Notes: generated from the sequence alone by a model not told the origin. A stretch of 64,000 nt of DNA from Leptospiraceae bacterium (GCA_040217195.1 JAVJNR010000004.1:832001-896000); one strand, 5' to 3'; shown: positions 20,367-29,963, counted from the first letter of the stretch. Program-made: numbers and translations.

Positions 20367-20890
20367 TGGATCTAAAAAACCCCGCCGGACCCTACCAGGC
20401 ACCGGAGAATTATGATCCGAACCTGGTGCAATCTCAGTCCAGAGAGATTCAGGGATTTCCGGAGTTATTGAACCGGACCCTGGACGGACTCAACGATGCA
20501 CAGATCAGCACCAAAACGCTTCCTGGAAACTGGACTGTAGCTCAGGTGGTGCATCATTTAGCAGACAGTCATATGAATGCGCTGATCAGACTGAAGCTGG
20601 CCTTGACAATGGATAATCCATCCATCATGCCGTATCCGGAATGGCTATGGGCCGATCTTGCAGACGGACATCTACCAGACATCTCTCCTTCGCTGGACAT
20701 TCTGAAAGGAGTGCATGCAAGATTCCATCTGGTTCTGGACGATCTGGACGAAGAAGCGGCCCATAAGACTTACTATCACTCGGAACTGAAGCGAAAGGTG
20801 CCAGTATTCGAGATTCCTGCACTCTATAGCTGGCATGGAAAACATCATCTAGCACATATCGATCTGCTCAAGAAGGACCGTGGCTGGTAA
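20366..20890 (+). CDS. YfiT/BstA (DinB superfamily) metal-dependent thiol transferase
   Basis: WTVAQVVHHLADSHMNA and YSWHGKHHLAHI motifs; TAATG overlap with the upstream gene. Confidence 0.85.
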   Translation: MDLKNPAGPYQAPENYDPNLVQSQSREIQGFPELLNRTLDGLNDAQISTKTLPGNWTVAQVVHHLADSHMNALIRLKLALTMDNPSIMPYPEWLWADLADGHLPDISPSLDILKGVHARFHLVLDDLDEEAAHKTYYHSELKRKVPVFEIPALYSWHGKHHLAHIDLLKKDRGW

Positions 20891-21368
20891 CAAACAAATA
20901 AAACTGTTTGGCTGGGCCGAACCAGGCACGAATCCGACCCTTCGTAGCTATTGCGATACGATCGCCCGACTTATGGAGAAATTCGACCTGGAAGAACCGG
21001 AAGTTCTGGCAGAGTATGAACTGGGCGATGCTATTTTTCCAGTGGTTTCACTTCAGGTTAAATCGAGTCAATTAATACTGCGATACGAACCCGGTGGCTG
21101 GCCCTCTACATTTATAGTGAGCGTCGATTCACCTACTGCCATCCCCTCTCTATTCGGATTGTTCGATCCAACTCTGGATCTATCCGATCAAAGTATTACA
21201 GGTATGAAAAAGGATTGGCTGTTTGAATCCTATCGCAAGAATCAGAGCAAGTTCAGCTGCGAAATAGAAGATGAATGGGACCTGGCCATGCTTGTGCGAA
21301 TTCTCAGAAGCGTTGGACTGCTGGATTGGGCAGCCATCCCCAGAACTTCCGAAGGTACAGGTGGATAG
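20880..21368 (+). CDS. Hypothetical protein
   Basis: 162-aa ORF filling the operon gap and overlapping the upstream stop; no family recognised. Confidence 0.65.
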   Translation: MAGNKQIKLFGWAEPGTNPTLRSYCDTIARLMEKFDLEEPEVLAEYELGDAIFPVVSLQVKSSQLILRYEPGGWPSTFIVSVDSPTAIPSLFGLFDPTLDLSDQSITGMKKDWLFESYRKNQSKFSCEIEDEWDLAMLVRILRSVGLLDWAAIPRTSEGTGG

Positions 21369-21373
21369 GCGTT

Positions 21374-22126
21374 ATGAGCTTTATCACTGGAACCAACTTG
21401 AAAGAACCCTCCATCATTTTTATAGATTTGATGAATACGATCATGTTCAACCATGATCGATTTGGTCCCAACGAACCGTATCTGGATACGTTTCAGGCTC
21501 TGGGTGGTACAGGCCTGGACACCACTTCAATTCATACAATCATTGACAATGCGATGAGTTCCATTGAGGCAGATTACGAAACCCAATATTCAGAAAGCCA
21601 GGGAAGCACGGTTCCGGATGCACATATTCGATTACGCCAGGAGGCCAGAATACTGAACCGGAGGTTGAGCCTGCGAGATCGAATTGCATTGAACCTAACA
21701 TTTGCTTTCCATGAATGCGGATGGATTGATCGATTGCATGCACAATCCATTAAGAAGCTGGCCTCTCGATATAGACTGGCGATCATCAGCAATCTCTGGG
21801 GTAGCCCGTATTTTTGTAACCTGGTGCTTCGACGGACCGGTACGTTGCAGTATATGGAAGCAGTCTACTATTCATCCCAGATCAAGTTACAGAAACCCTG
21901 GAAGAATATCTTTGAGCATGCATGCACAAAGCATAACGTTGAAGCCGAAGATTGCCTCATGATTGGCGATAATATTGACCTGGACATCCTGGCAGCAACT
22001 CGCTGGGGTATGCAGGGACTATGGCTGTCCTATGGACGGGATGCAGGCTCCAGAGCAGAGAAGCTGGATGCAGTGGCTCTGGACTTTCCTGATGCTGTAG
22101 AAATCCTTGTTCCGGGCGATAGCTGA
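21374..22126 (+). CDS. HAD-superfamily hydrolase
   Basis: Motif I IFIDLMNT, II IISN, III QKP, IV IGDNIDLD; start 5 nt after the upstream stop. Confidence 0.85.
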   Translation: MSFITGTNLKEPSIIFIDLMNTIMFNHDRFGPNEPYLDTFQALGGTGLDTTSIHTIIDNAMSSIEADYETQYSESQGSTVPDAHIRLRQEARILNRRLSLRDRIALNLTFAFHECGWIDRLHAQSIKKLASRYRLAIISNLWGSPYFCNLVLRRTGTLQYMEAVYYSSQIKLQKPWKNIFEHACTKHNVEAEDCLMIGDNIDLDILAATRWGMQGLWLSYGRDAGSRAEKLDAVALDFPDAVEILVPGDS

Positions 22127-22171
22127 CAGCGAGCTATATTGCCTCACTGTCAGCCGCATTTATGATGGGAA

Positions 22172-23527
22172 TCAGGCCACGCGAGAAGCCATGGCAGGCT
22201 CCTGCACTTCGGATTGCTTACCTGGATACAGATGCATTGTCTCCGACTCATAGTCATCTATTGTCAGAGTAAATGTAGTTCTGTATTTCAAGACTATGAA
22301 AAGGCTAAGGGCACAGGCTGCCACAACTCCGTAGGCCACATTCATACTGGGAGTCAGATGAAGAAGCCATTGAGGATTGCCCACTGCAAGAACGGCAAAA
22401 GCAGCCAGACCGATAACTCGCAAAGGTTCCAGTATTCGAGCCCAACGCTTACCTTCCAGAATTCCACCCAGACAGATCAAAGAAAGGGTCGTAACCACCG
22501 AGACACCGCCAATCTGCCACATGTTGAATGCATCTACTTTCAGTAGAACTGCAAACGTTAGAACAGTCATGGATGCAAACCAGATCAAACTATAGATAGA
22601 AAGGATTCGTGGAACAGTCACGTCAAACTTCTGATAGGATTCCGCTTCAATCTCAGGAGGTACCTTGGAGCCTCCCAGATCATCCGGCCGCCAGCCTGGA
22701 TGTTTGAACCAGATCAGGATTTTATCTTTCCAGCGAGGAGCCGCAACGGCGATGTCCCACATCTCTTTCCAATATTGAAGGTTGGCCCAGAAGGGATTGA
22801 AGCTCTTGAAGGGCTTCACTGTACCGTATACAGGCTCCTCTTCCTCCACCTGGAACGTACCAAACATTTTATCCCAGATGATAAACGTTCCGGCATGGTT
22901 CTTATCCAGGTACTTGGGATTCTTACCGTGATGTACCCGATGATGCGAAGGCGTATTCATGAAGCTTTCCAGAAAGCCCATCCGACCAACCACTCGCGTA
23001 TGGATCCAGAATTGATAGATTAAACTTAGAGCTCCGTTGGCCAGCATTACGGCTGGATGGAAACCCAGAAAAGCCATGGGCAGATAGAAGGGCCAGGTCA
23101 CCAGTCCACCGAAGGCAGACTGTCGCAGGGCCACAGTCAGATTGTACTCTTCGCTTTGATGATGCACAACATGGGTAGCCCAGAGGAAGTTAACCTCATG
23201 ACTCATTCGATGAGCCCAGTAATAGGCCAGGTCATAAAGCACAAAACAGGCGCCAAACGTTAGCACCATTCCCAGTTCCCAGCTGGGCTGGGCCGGCAAA
23301 TCAAAGAATCGCAGATGGTCGTAGACCAGCCAGTAAACATAGACTGAGGCAGCGGCGCTCAGTAAACCAAACAGTCGATTCAGAACTCCAGTACCCAGAT
23401 CCGCAATGGAATCATTCAACCGATAAAGCCTGGCTCCCTTCCACTTACTGTAGAGCACTTCCAACCCAATTAGCAGAAAGAAAAATGGTATAGCATAAGT
23501 CACAAATTCAGGAAATTTTGGATCCAT
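22172..23527 (-). CDS. Sterol desaturase family, alkylglycerol monooxygenase-like
   Basis: His boxes HRMSHE, HVVHH, QFWIH and HHRVHH; extra C-terminal TM region; ATG 23527. Confidence 0.88.
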   Translation of the reverse strand: MDPKFPEFVTYAIPFFFLLIGLEVLYSKWKGARLYRLNDSIADLGTGVLNRLFGLLSAAASVYVYWLVYDHLRFFDLPAQPSWELGMVLTFGACFVLYDLAYYWAHRMSHEVNFLWATHVVHHQSEEYNLTVALRQSAFGGLVTWPFYLPMAFLGFHPAVMLANGALSLIYQFWIHTRVVGRMGFLESFMNTPSHHRVHHGKNPKYLDKNHAGTFIIWDKMFGTFQVEEEEPVYGTVKPFKSFNPFWANLQYWKEMWDIAVAAPRWKDKILIWFKHPGWRPDDLGGSKVPPEIEAESYQKFDVTVPRILSIYSLIWFASMTVLTFAVLLKVDAFNMWQIGGVSVVTTLSLICLGGILEGKRWARILEPLRVIGLAAFAVLAVGNPQWLLHLTPSMNVAYGVVAACALSLFIVLKYRTTFTLTIDDYESETMHLYPGKQSEVQEPAMASRVA

Positions 23528-23560
23528 AGAAACATCCCCCAACCATAAGGTAGACAAAAC

Positions 23561-23573
23561 TGACACCGTGTCA
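23561..23573. promoter_or_regulatory. Perfect palindrome TGACAC-C-GTGTCA, candidate operator
   Basis: 33 bp upstream of the desaturase ATG; reads TTGACA on the minus strand. Confidence 0.5.
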
Positions 23574-24013
23574 ACTTTTTTCCTGCTCCAGATCTGAAAG
23601 TTACGAGGCACTGGAGTCCAGGAAGTCAGGCCGTTTCAAGTTCTACACAATATCGGCCATCGGATGCGGCGGAAGAATCCGACGTATCCGGGGAATCAGG
23701 CTATTCACAATATCATCAGTAAGATTGGACGGGGGAAAATGCTGGAATACACTTACATTGGCCGCCCGTAATGCAACCAGGGGATTACTATTGTCTGCGG
23801 CCAGAGGTAGCCCAGTTTGCGCCGGAGTAGCACGTTCTCAGCCCTGGACCGCAGGAGCCCGACAAGAAGGAAAAGCCCGGTCTATGTTTAAGAACTCCGG
23901 AACCGGATACGAAAAAAAGAAATTGGTACTCCCGGGTTGCCCGCGGATTTCAAAAACATCCTGCTTAAGATTCGGATGCGTCCGAAGCAATTTCGATTTC
24001 AGGGTCGCCTGGA

Positions 24014-26410
24014 TTACTGCCTGTACATCATAAAGTATGTACAGGATCTTACAACCTCGCTGTAGAATTCCGTATCATCCAGTTCCGACAGTTTTTCGAA
24101 CTGCACTTTTTGGTCCGGTACCAGGTTCACAGAATCCTCCGTGTAGTAGCCACCCTGAGCCGAGTCCAGGTAGGCGATTGTGGCAATCATGAATCTGCTG
24201 GCAGCCACAAGTTCTCGGTCTTTCGCATTCGCGATGGATTTTTCAAAATAGCTTCTTGCAAGCTTGAGCTGAGGATCCCCGGGTTTTTCCGAGTAATCGT
24301 AGTAAATGCTCCAGTATTCATCTACTGCAGACCACCAGTGACCAAAGTGACTCATGTTAAACTGGGCCAGACCCATTTCGTAGTAAGCCCGGGCAGCTTT
24401 GTTGCCAGTTTCCTTGCTGGCTTGCTTTTCCAGCTCCTGCATGCGAACAGCGATTGTGTAGGAATTGAAATCCTCGGCCTTCTTTCCGGAATCGAATCTA
24501 TCAGAAAATGGATTACTGAAAGGCCCTGCCACAATTCGCTCAGAATAGTACATGTTTTTCCGTTTCTTTTCTGGAAGTCTCCCAAGGGCTTTTACGGCCT
24601 CCGCATACTGTCCCAGCTTCAACTGTCGGGCGCCCAGGCGATATACGATTTGCTCTGTTTGAATTTGTGCGATTTCCTTGAGCTTACGATCATAGTCATT
24701 CTGAGGTTCATTGCGCAATTGCTCAGCTTGCTCCAGAGCTTGAAATTCATAAGTCTCCAGGCTGCTCGAAATATTGGGCTCCCAAAGAAGAGCTCGGCCG
24801 CTTTCCTGCGCCTGACTGTGAAGCTTCGCCATATTTCGATGAAGCATCAAACGCGCTGCATGATCAGACCAGGCACATCCATAATAGTGTGGTTCGTCGG
24901 ATTCAACAATAGAGGAATAATCCTGTACAACCAGCTTCTTCAGTTCATCATCCGGCCTGCTTTTTTCTGCGGATGCATTCAAAAGCCGAATCCGTTTACT
25001 CTGTAGGCGAACAAAAGGAGATTCGGAAGGATTAACCAGAGCATGTTTCAGGGTTTCGCTGGCCTGCGAATGCTTGCCCATAAGCATTTCAAGATACGCT
25101 TGAGCCAATTTCCAGGTTCCCGGTGATGCAGTCCTTTTTTGCTCGGCCACCTCGCCAAAGAATCGAACCAGTTGATTCATGTACTGAATCTCTTCTGGAG
25201 GGATTTTGGCCACGGGTTTGGCTTCCAGAGAAGGAACAAACCAGTTCCAGATTCGCATCAGCAAACCGCTTATTGAGAAACCGGATTCTGAATCCTCTGC
25301 TCCGCCCTTTTTATCCCTGGCAGAAGTCTGCGCATCATATCCTGAGCTATAATAGAGCACCCGTTCCAGACGATCCTCCAATCGGTCCATCTCACGTATT
25401 AGCATGTAATCCAGAGCTGGATCCTTCGGATATGCTTCAACCATCTGCTTCAGCAGCCCAAGGTTGGGTTCCGGACTGGAAAAGAATCGCAGTAAAATGA
25501 GAGCTTTTTTCTCTTCTCTAGAAGCGCTGGCAAAGGCAGCATCGTAGGCACCTTCGCTGGCCCAGTAGCGATCAAAATCCAGGGATACTCGAAGCATCAA
25601 TTCTGGACTTCGTGCAGACATGCGAGCCAGCACCTTTAGCCCTTGCGATGTATTTTCATTCTTGAGCAGTGCTCCTGCCTTTAGATGCTCGAGCCGATCA
25701 TAGAGCGGATCCGTGGGTTTTAAAGAAGCCTTTTCCAGAATACTTAGTGCTCTACTGAACTGACCCGAATAATGAGCCAGGCGAACGGCCTGATAAGTAT
25801 ATCTAATCTTTAGATCTCGATCCTTCTGGCTGCCAGCCTCTTTAATTCCCTTCTGAATAAATGGCTCCACTTTTTCTCTGGCAGGAGGGCCTTCATTGTC
25901 CCAGTAGCTTTCTGGAGGAAGCACCAGTGGTTCCAGGGTTTTCGCATATAGCAGATACTGTAGAACATCCTTTTGACCTTTAGATGCCAGTTTGGCCTGC
26001 AAGGAATTGCCGTTACCGTTCAGAGCTTTTTGAATCTCCTCTGGCGAAGTTTTATAGATCAATGAATCAAGGGATTTCCTGTCTGGCTCAAATCCGGCCC
26101 TGGCTTTTAGATATCTGGACCAATCGTCTACATTCTTGTCCAAATAGGCATCCCCTTCTGGAGCATCGCAGGTTCCGGCCAGGCGATCCAGAACGGCGTA
26201 ATACTCATTCTTTTCCTGATCCGGGTATAGAGCTGCCGTGATTTGCAGAGGACGAAAAATGCGCAATGGGTCTGGCTCCCCCGACCCACAGGGCCAGATC
26301 GACGAAGGAGAAAGGAGAAATGCCAGAACAGAGCAAGTAAAAACGCCTAATAGACTCCGGGGAGACAGGAGAGACTTGAGGCTATTTCCAGCCATCAATA
26401 CAGGATTCAT
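24014..26410 (-). CDS. Large secreted alpha-helical/TPR-like protein
   Basis: Signal-like segment followed by CG; YLLYAK, RYTYQAVRLAHY and TPR-like AYYEMG; C-terminal TEFYSEVVRSCTYF; start approximate. Confidence 0.7.
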   Translation of the reverse strand: MNPVLMAGNSLKSLLSPRSLLGVFTCSVLAFLLSPSSIWPCGSGEPDPLRIFRPLQITAALYPDQEKNEYYAVLDRLAGTCDAPEGDAYLDKNVDDWSRYLKARAGFEPDRKSLDSLIYKTSPEEIQKALNGNGNSLQAKLASKGQKDVLQYLLYAKTLEPLVLPPESYWDNEGPPAREKVEPFIQKGIKEAGSQKDRDLKIRYTYQAVRLAHYSGQFSRALSILEKASLKPTDPLYDRLEHLKAGALLKNENTSQGLKVLARMSARSPELMLRVSLDFDRYWASEGAYDAAFASASREEKKALILLRFFSSPEPNLGLLKQMVEAYPKDPALDYMLIREMDRLEDRLERVLYYSSGYDAQTSARDKKGGAEDSESGFSISGLLMRIWNWFVPSLEAKPVAKIPPEEIQYMNQLVRFFGEVAEQKRTASPGTWKLAQAYLEMLMGKHSQASETLKHALVNPSESPFVRLQSKRIRLLNASAEKSRPDDELKKLVVQDYSSIVESDEPHYYGCAWSDHAARLMLHRNMAKLHSQAQESGRALLWEPNISSSLETYEFQALEQAEQLRNEPQNDYDRKLKEIAQIQTEQIVYRLGARQLKLGQYAEAVKALGRLPEKKRKNMYYSERIVAGPFSNPFSDRFDSGKKAEDFNSYTIAVRMQELEKQASKETGNKAARAYYEMGLAQFNMSHFGHWWSAVDEYWSIYYDYSEKPGDPQLKLARSYFEKSIANAKDRELVAASRFMIATIAYLDSAQGGYYTEDSVNLVPDQKVQFEKLSELDDTEFYSEVVRSCTYFMMYRQ

Positions 26411-27512
26411 GATTACAATGGACACCGGATATGCGAAACAGGTCAACCAGCTCTTGGATCTCCGACTCAGTCTTTTTACTGTTGTAATCAAAAACGATAA
26501 TCCTTCTTTCCTTAACCGGATCATCGGCCAATCTACCTGCGATGAGCTCCAGCACCTGCCATCTTTCACAGACATCCACTTTTTCCATGCGAATCCGGGT
26601 GCCGGCAGGCAAATTCTGTCCATCCCACATAAATTCCTCTTCAAGACTGTAATTGTTTGAGCCCGATTTCCTGGAATTCTTTTGAAGCTGGGCCTCGGTA
26701 ATTCCATGCACCAGCGAATGAAAGGAGCCATTAAGAAAGGCCACTCCCCACTGAAAATCCGGCATGGCAATATCCAGCGGAAGAGGATACTCGGAAAGCC
26801 ATTTGCCATCCAGGTATTGTTTGGCCAGATCCGCACGAAAGATGGAATTGGATTCCTCGGGATTACTCAAGTCTCCCATGTTGTAAATCATCACTGCCCC
26901 CCGATCCACAGGAGGTATACCTGTACGCCGGTAATATTTAAGTTGATGTAATCGAATGGTGGCGCTCAATGTAAGATCTGGACTGGAATGCATCGCCTTG
27001 CGAATATTCTCCAGGAGGGCGAAATAGGTTCTTCGAGTGGATGGAGTCCAGTCACAATCGATCTGAATTTCGGGTCCTGTAAAACCGATTTTCTGAATCA
27101 GTTTCCAGATGTTTCTGGCAAGCTCTTCGGTTTCTTTCTCGTTCAGTCCCTTGAGCGCAGATACAGTAATGTAAACTACAGGTATGACCACTGCATCGGT
27201 CTTCACAGTTTTTCTTATTCCTACTGGTCGGGGACCGCTCTTGCCTGCAGTAACATCAAAGTAGCGCACATAAAGTGTATCAACTCCAAAGTTTCTTAGT
27301 TCCTGTTTTCCGGGTAAAGGTGCCCTGACCTGCCAGAAATAGAAAGCTCCCCGGGAAGCTAAAGTCGTCCTGGTAAGATTGAAATCCTTTTTGGATTCTG
27401 CAGTATGAGGACTCAGGCAACGATGGAAGGAGTTTTCCTTTGAACTGGAATTGTGGTTGCATTGCAGAACTAGAATTAACGTTGCCAGAATATAAACCAG
27501 GCCGGACCTCAT
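26382..27512 (-). CDS. GH18-like TIM-barrel lipoprotein (DUF3142-like)
   Basis: Lipobox LVLQC; LYVRYFDV, EIQIDCDWT, LSATIRLHQ and MIYNMG motifs. Confidence 0.7.
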   Translation of the reverse strand: MRSGLVYILATLILVLQCNHNSSSKENSFHRCLSPHTAESKKDFNLTRTTLASRGAFYFWQVRAPLPGKQELRNFGVDTLYVRYFDVTAGKSGPRPVGIRKTVKTDAVVIPVVYITVSALKGLNEKETEELARNIWKLIQKIGFTGPEIQIDCDWTPSTRRTYFALLENIRKAMHSSPDLTLSATIRLHQLKYYRRTGIPPVDRGAVMIYNMGDLSNPEESNSIFRADLAKQYLDGKWLSEYPLPLDIAMPDFQWGVAFLNGSFHSLVHGITEAQLQKNSRKSGSNNYSLEEEFMWDGQNLPAGTRIRMEKVDVCERWQVLELIAGRLADDPVKERRIIVFDYNSKKTESEIQELVDLFRISGVHCNHESCIDGWK

Positions 27513-27616
27513 AGAAACCAGATGCGATGGAGTAGACTACCAATACAAGCGAAAGGATCACTTGACAAACCGACCGATTAACAGCAATCTCCCGTTGCGT
27601 CTGGAGGCATACAAGA

Positions 27617-28633
27617 ATGACAGTAGAAGAATTGAAGAGTACCCTGGAACCCTGGCTAAAAGAGCAGTTTAAGTCCGCGGTGAAGATATTCGATGTAATT
27701 CCTCTAAGCGGTGGTGCCTGCCAGGAAAACAGCCTACTGGAACTGGAAGTACAGGATGGTCCGCGGAAAGGAAATCACCGTCTGGTTTTAAGATCGGATC
27801 GGGGTAGTTCTCTATTCTCAAGTCTGGATCGCAAGCAGGAGTTCCAGGTAGCACGCGCCGCCTTTGAAGCAGGAACCCTTACACCGGAGCCTTTCTTCTA
27901 CGAGATGAACGAATCCATTCTGGGAAAACCTTTCTCCCTATTGCAATGGATTCCCGGGAAAGCCACCGGAAGATACATTGTAAAAGACAATTCACTCAAG
28001 GAAGTTCGTAAAACATTGCCTGCCAACCTGGCCGAACACCTGGCCCACATCCATTCGGTACGAGCCGGTCATTCAGACCTGACCTTCCTGAATACGCCGG
28101 AAGAAAGTCCGGCCAGGGAAGGATGCAAAGAGATGCGCAAAGAGATCAATCAGCTTCTGGAAGCCCATCCGGCCATGGAACTGGCTCTCAACTGGCTGGA
28201 GAAGAACTCGTACGGAACCGATGAGCTGGTGCTGGTGCACGGCGACTTTCGCACAGGTAATTTCATGGTCAGCCCGGAAGGACTACACGGCATTCTGGAC
28301 TGGGAATTCGCTCATTACGGAGACCGGCATGAAGACATTAGCTGGCTCTGCATGCGAGACTGGAGATTTGGAAAGCTAAACCTGGAAGCTGGAGGAATTT
28401 CGGCCAGAGAGGACTTCTACAAAGCCTACGAAAAATTCTCGGGCGTAAAAGTAGACCCGGAAAAGGTACGCTACTGGGAAGTGATGGGAAACCTTCGCTG
28501 GGCCGGTGGCGCCGCAGCCCAGGCAGAAAGACACTTAAGCGGAAAGACACGTGGCATAGAACTGGCATCCATTGGACGGAGAGTTGCAGAAATGGAGTTT
28601 GAAATGCTTCGCCTTATTGAGAAGGCTGCTTGA
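27617..28633 (+). CDS. APH-family phosphotransferase (LvaA/ACAD10-11 kinase-like)
   Basis: LSGGACQE, LVHGDFRTGNF, GILDWEFAH and WRFG motifs; GGAGG RBS; upstream TTGACA at 27562. Confidence 0.88.
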   Translation: MTVEELKSTLEPWLKEQFKSAVKIFDVIPLSGGACQENSLLELEVQDGPRKGNHRLVLRSDRGSSLFSSLDRKQEFQVARAAFEAGTLTPEPFFYEMNESILGKPFSLLQWIPGKATGRYIVKDNSLKEVRKTLPANLAEHLAHIHSVRAGHSDLTFLNTPEESPAREGCKEMRKEINQLLEAHPAMELALNWLEKNSYGTDELVLVHGDFRTGNFMVSPEGLHGILDWEFAHYGDRHEDISWLCMRDWRFGKLNLEAGGISAREDFYKAYEKFSGVKVDPEKVRYWEVMGNLRWAGGAAAQAERHLSGKTRGIELASIGRRVAEMEFEMLRLIEKAA

Positions 28634-28769
28634 GAGAAACAGACCCAATTAGTGATATTAGTGATAATAGTGTATCCAGGTAGAATGCAGCCAATCCGAT
28701 TCAAAAATCTGGAATGCCCTTACCAGAGAATGCGTTAAAACAGATTGGCCAGAAAAATAAGGAGTAACC

Positions 28770-29168
28770 ATGCAATACAGACCGGAAGCCGCCGATTTAT
28801 GCGATGCCATCGCAGATTACCTTCTAAAAGAAGTGATGCCGGCCGTAAAAGAATCTGATGAGCTAGCCTACAAAGCTCTGGTTAGCTGGAATATGCTGGG
28901 AGTTGTTTCCAGAGAACTTCGCGATGAAGAAGAACTGCTTCGAAATGAGGTGGGACGTCTACATCAAATCCTGGATGAGCCGGGCCTCGAAGAACTGGAA
29001 ACCCTGGCAGATGTAAAAAATCGAATTCGAGAGCTGAATACGAAGCTGGCTGAAAAGATCAAAAACGACGGAATATCAGAACCATCGCATCAGATCTGGG
29101 CCCATGTTCGACAGACTCTGGTGGAGAATTTGAGCATATCCAATCCCAGATTCCAGACAGAATCTTGA
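28770..29168 (+). CDS. DUF6285 (LvaB-like) small protein
   Basis: MQYRPEAADL..AI..YL..EVMP and LSISNPRF; position after the APH kinase; AAGGAG RBS. Confidence 0.7.
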   Translation: MQYRPEAADLCDAIADYLLKEVMPAVKESDELAYKALVSWNMLGVVSRELRDEEELLRNEVGRLHQILDEPGLEELETLADVKNRIRELNTKLAEKIKNDGISEPSHQIWAHVRQTLVENLSISNPRFQTES

Positions 29169-29189
29169 AACTCTTTGCCGGGTAGGGGC

Positions 29190-29963
29190 ATGCAGATTCA
29201 TCTAATTCGACATGGTCAGGCCAATGCAGCCGGTCTTAACTACGATAAGCTAACGGATCAGGGCTATGAACAGGCGCGCCTTCTGGGTCGCAGGCTCCAG
29301 CAAAATGGTGTTCAATTCTGCACTTATGCTCGTGGCTCCCTGGTGCGACATGTGCAAACGCTGGAAGGAATTCTTGATGGCATAGCACTGGCCAAATCAT
29401 CCGAAACGCAATCTGAAAAAGAAAAGAATTCCGGGATCGAACCAGCAGGCGAAGATAAAGTTAGTACTGGAACATCAGGTGAAAGTAAGAGTCCACAGAT
29501 AATCGAAGAGGCCGGATTGAATGAAATAGATCTGGACTCCTGGAAATCACTGGCTCAGGATATTGCAAAATCGGATGCAGCCTTTTCCAGTATGCTACAG
29601 CATCTGAAAACAAGCCAGGGATCGGGACGAAGGCGCCGGCTGGCTGCAGTGACCGGAAGAGTTCTGGACTTCTGGATTCGGGGACAGACCCGGGAATTTC
29701 TGGAATTCAGGGAGGCCGTTGTGGATTCAATAAACAGCATTGCTTCTACCAGGCCAGGACCGGCACTGGTAGTTAGCTCTGGCACTCCAATAGCCATCCT
29801 GCTGGCCCGGGCCCTGGGCGAAGATCGACCGGAATCAATCTTCCACTGGCTCAGGCATCTGGCCAACACTTCCTATTCCATTATCGATGTATCCTCCCGC
29901 TGGAAGGCCTTACAAATCAATAGTCTCGATCATTTGCCTATGAATTCTCGATCTCTGATGTAA
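29190..29963 (+). CDS. Histidine phosphatase family protein
   Basis: LIRHGQA..YDKLT..G..QA, RHVQT and VVSSGTPI motifs. Confidence 0.85.
   Translation: MQIHLIRHGQANAAGLNYDKLTDQGYEQARLLGRRLQQNGVQFCTYARGSLVRHVQTLEGILDGIALAKSSETQSEKEKNSGIEPAGEDKVSTGTSGESKSPQIIEEAGLNEIDLDSWKSLAQDIAKSDAAFSSMLQHLKTSQGSGRRRRLAAVTGRVLDFWIRGQTREFLEFREAVVDSINSIASTRPGPALVVSSGTPIAILLARALGEDRPESIFHWLRHLANTSYSIIDVSSRWKALQINSLDHLPMNSRSLM

Noticed and set aside
23725..24033. 102-aa ORF in the long intergenic gap
   Set aside because: TTG start, no RBS, no motif, and overlaps the end of the opposite gene
24110..25006. 298-aa plus-strand ORF and the many other short antisense or nested ORFs
   Set aside because: They lie within or opposite well-supported genes and show no motifs; treated as shadow ORFs
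26411..26836. Extension to 940 aa suggesting a fusion or frameshift with the GH18-like gene
   Set aside because: Both genes have their own signal-like N-termini; the extension is an open alternative frame
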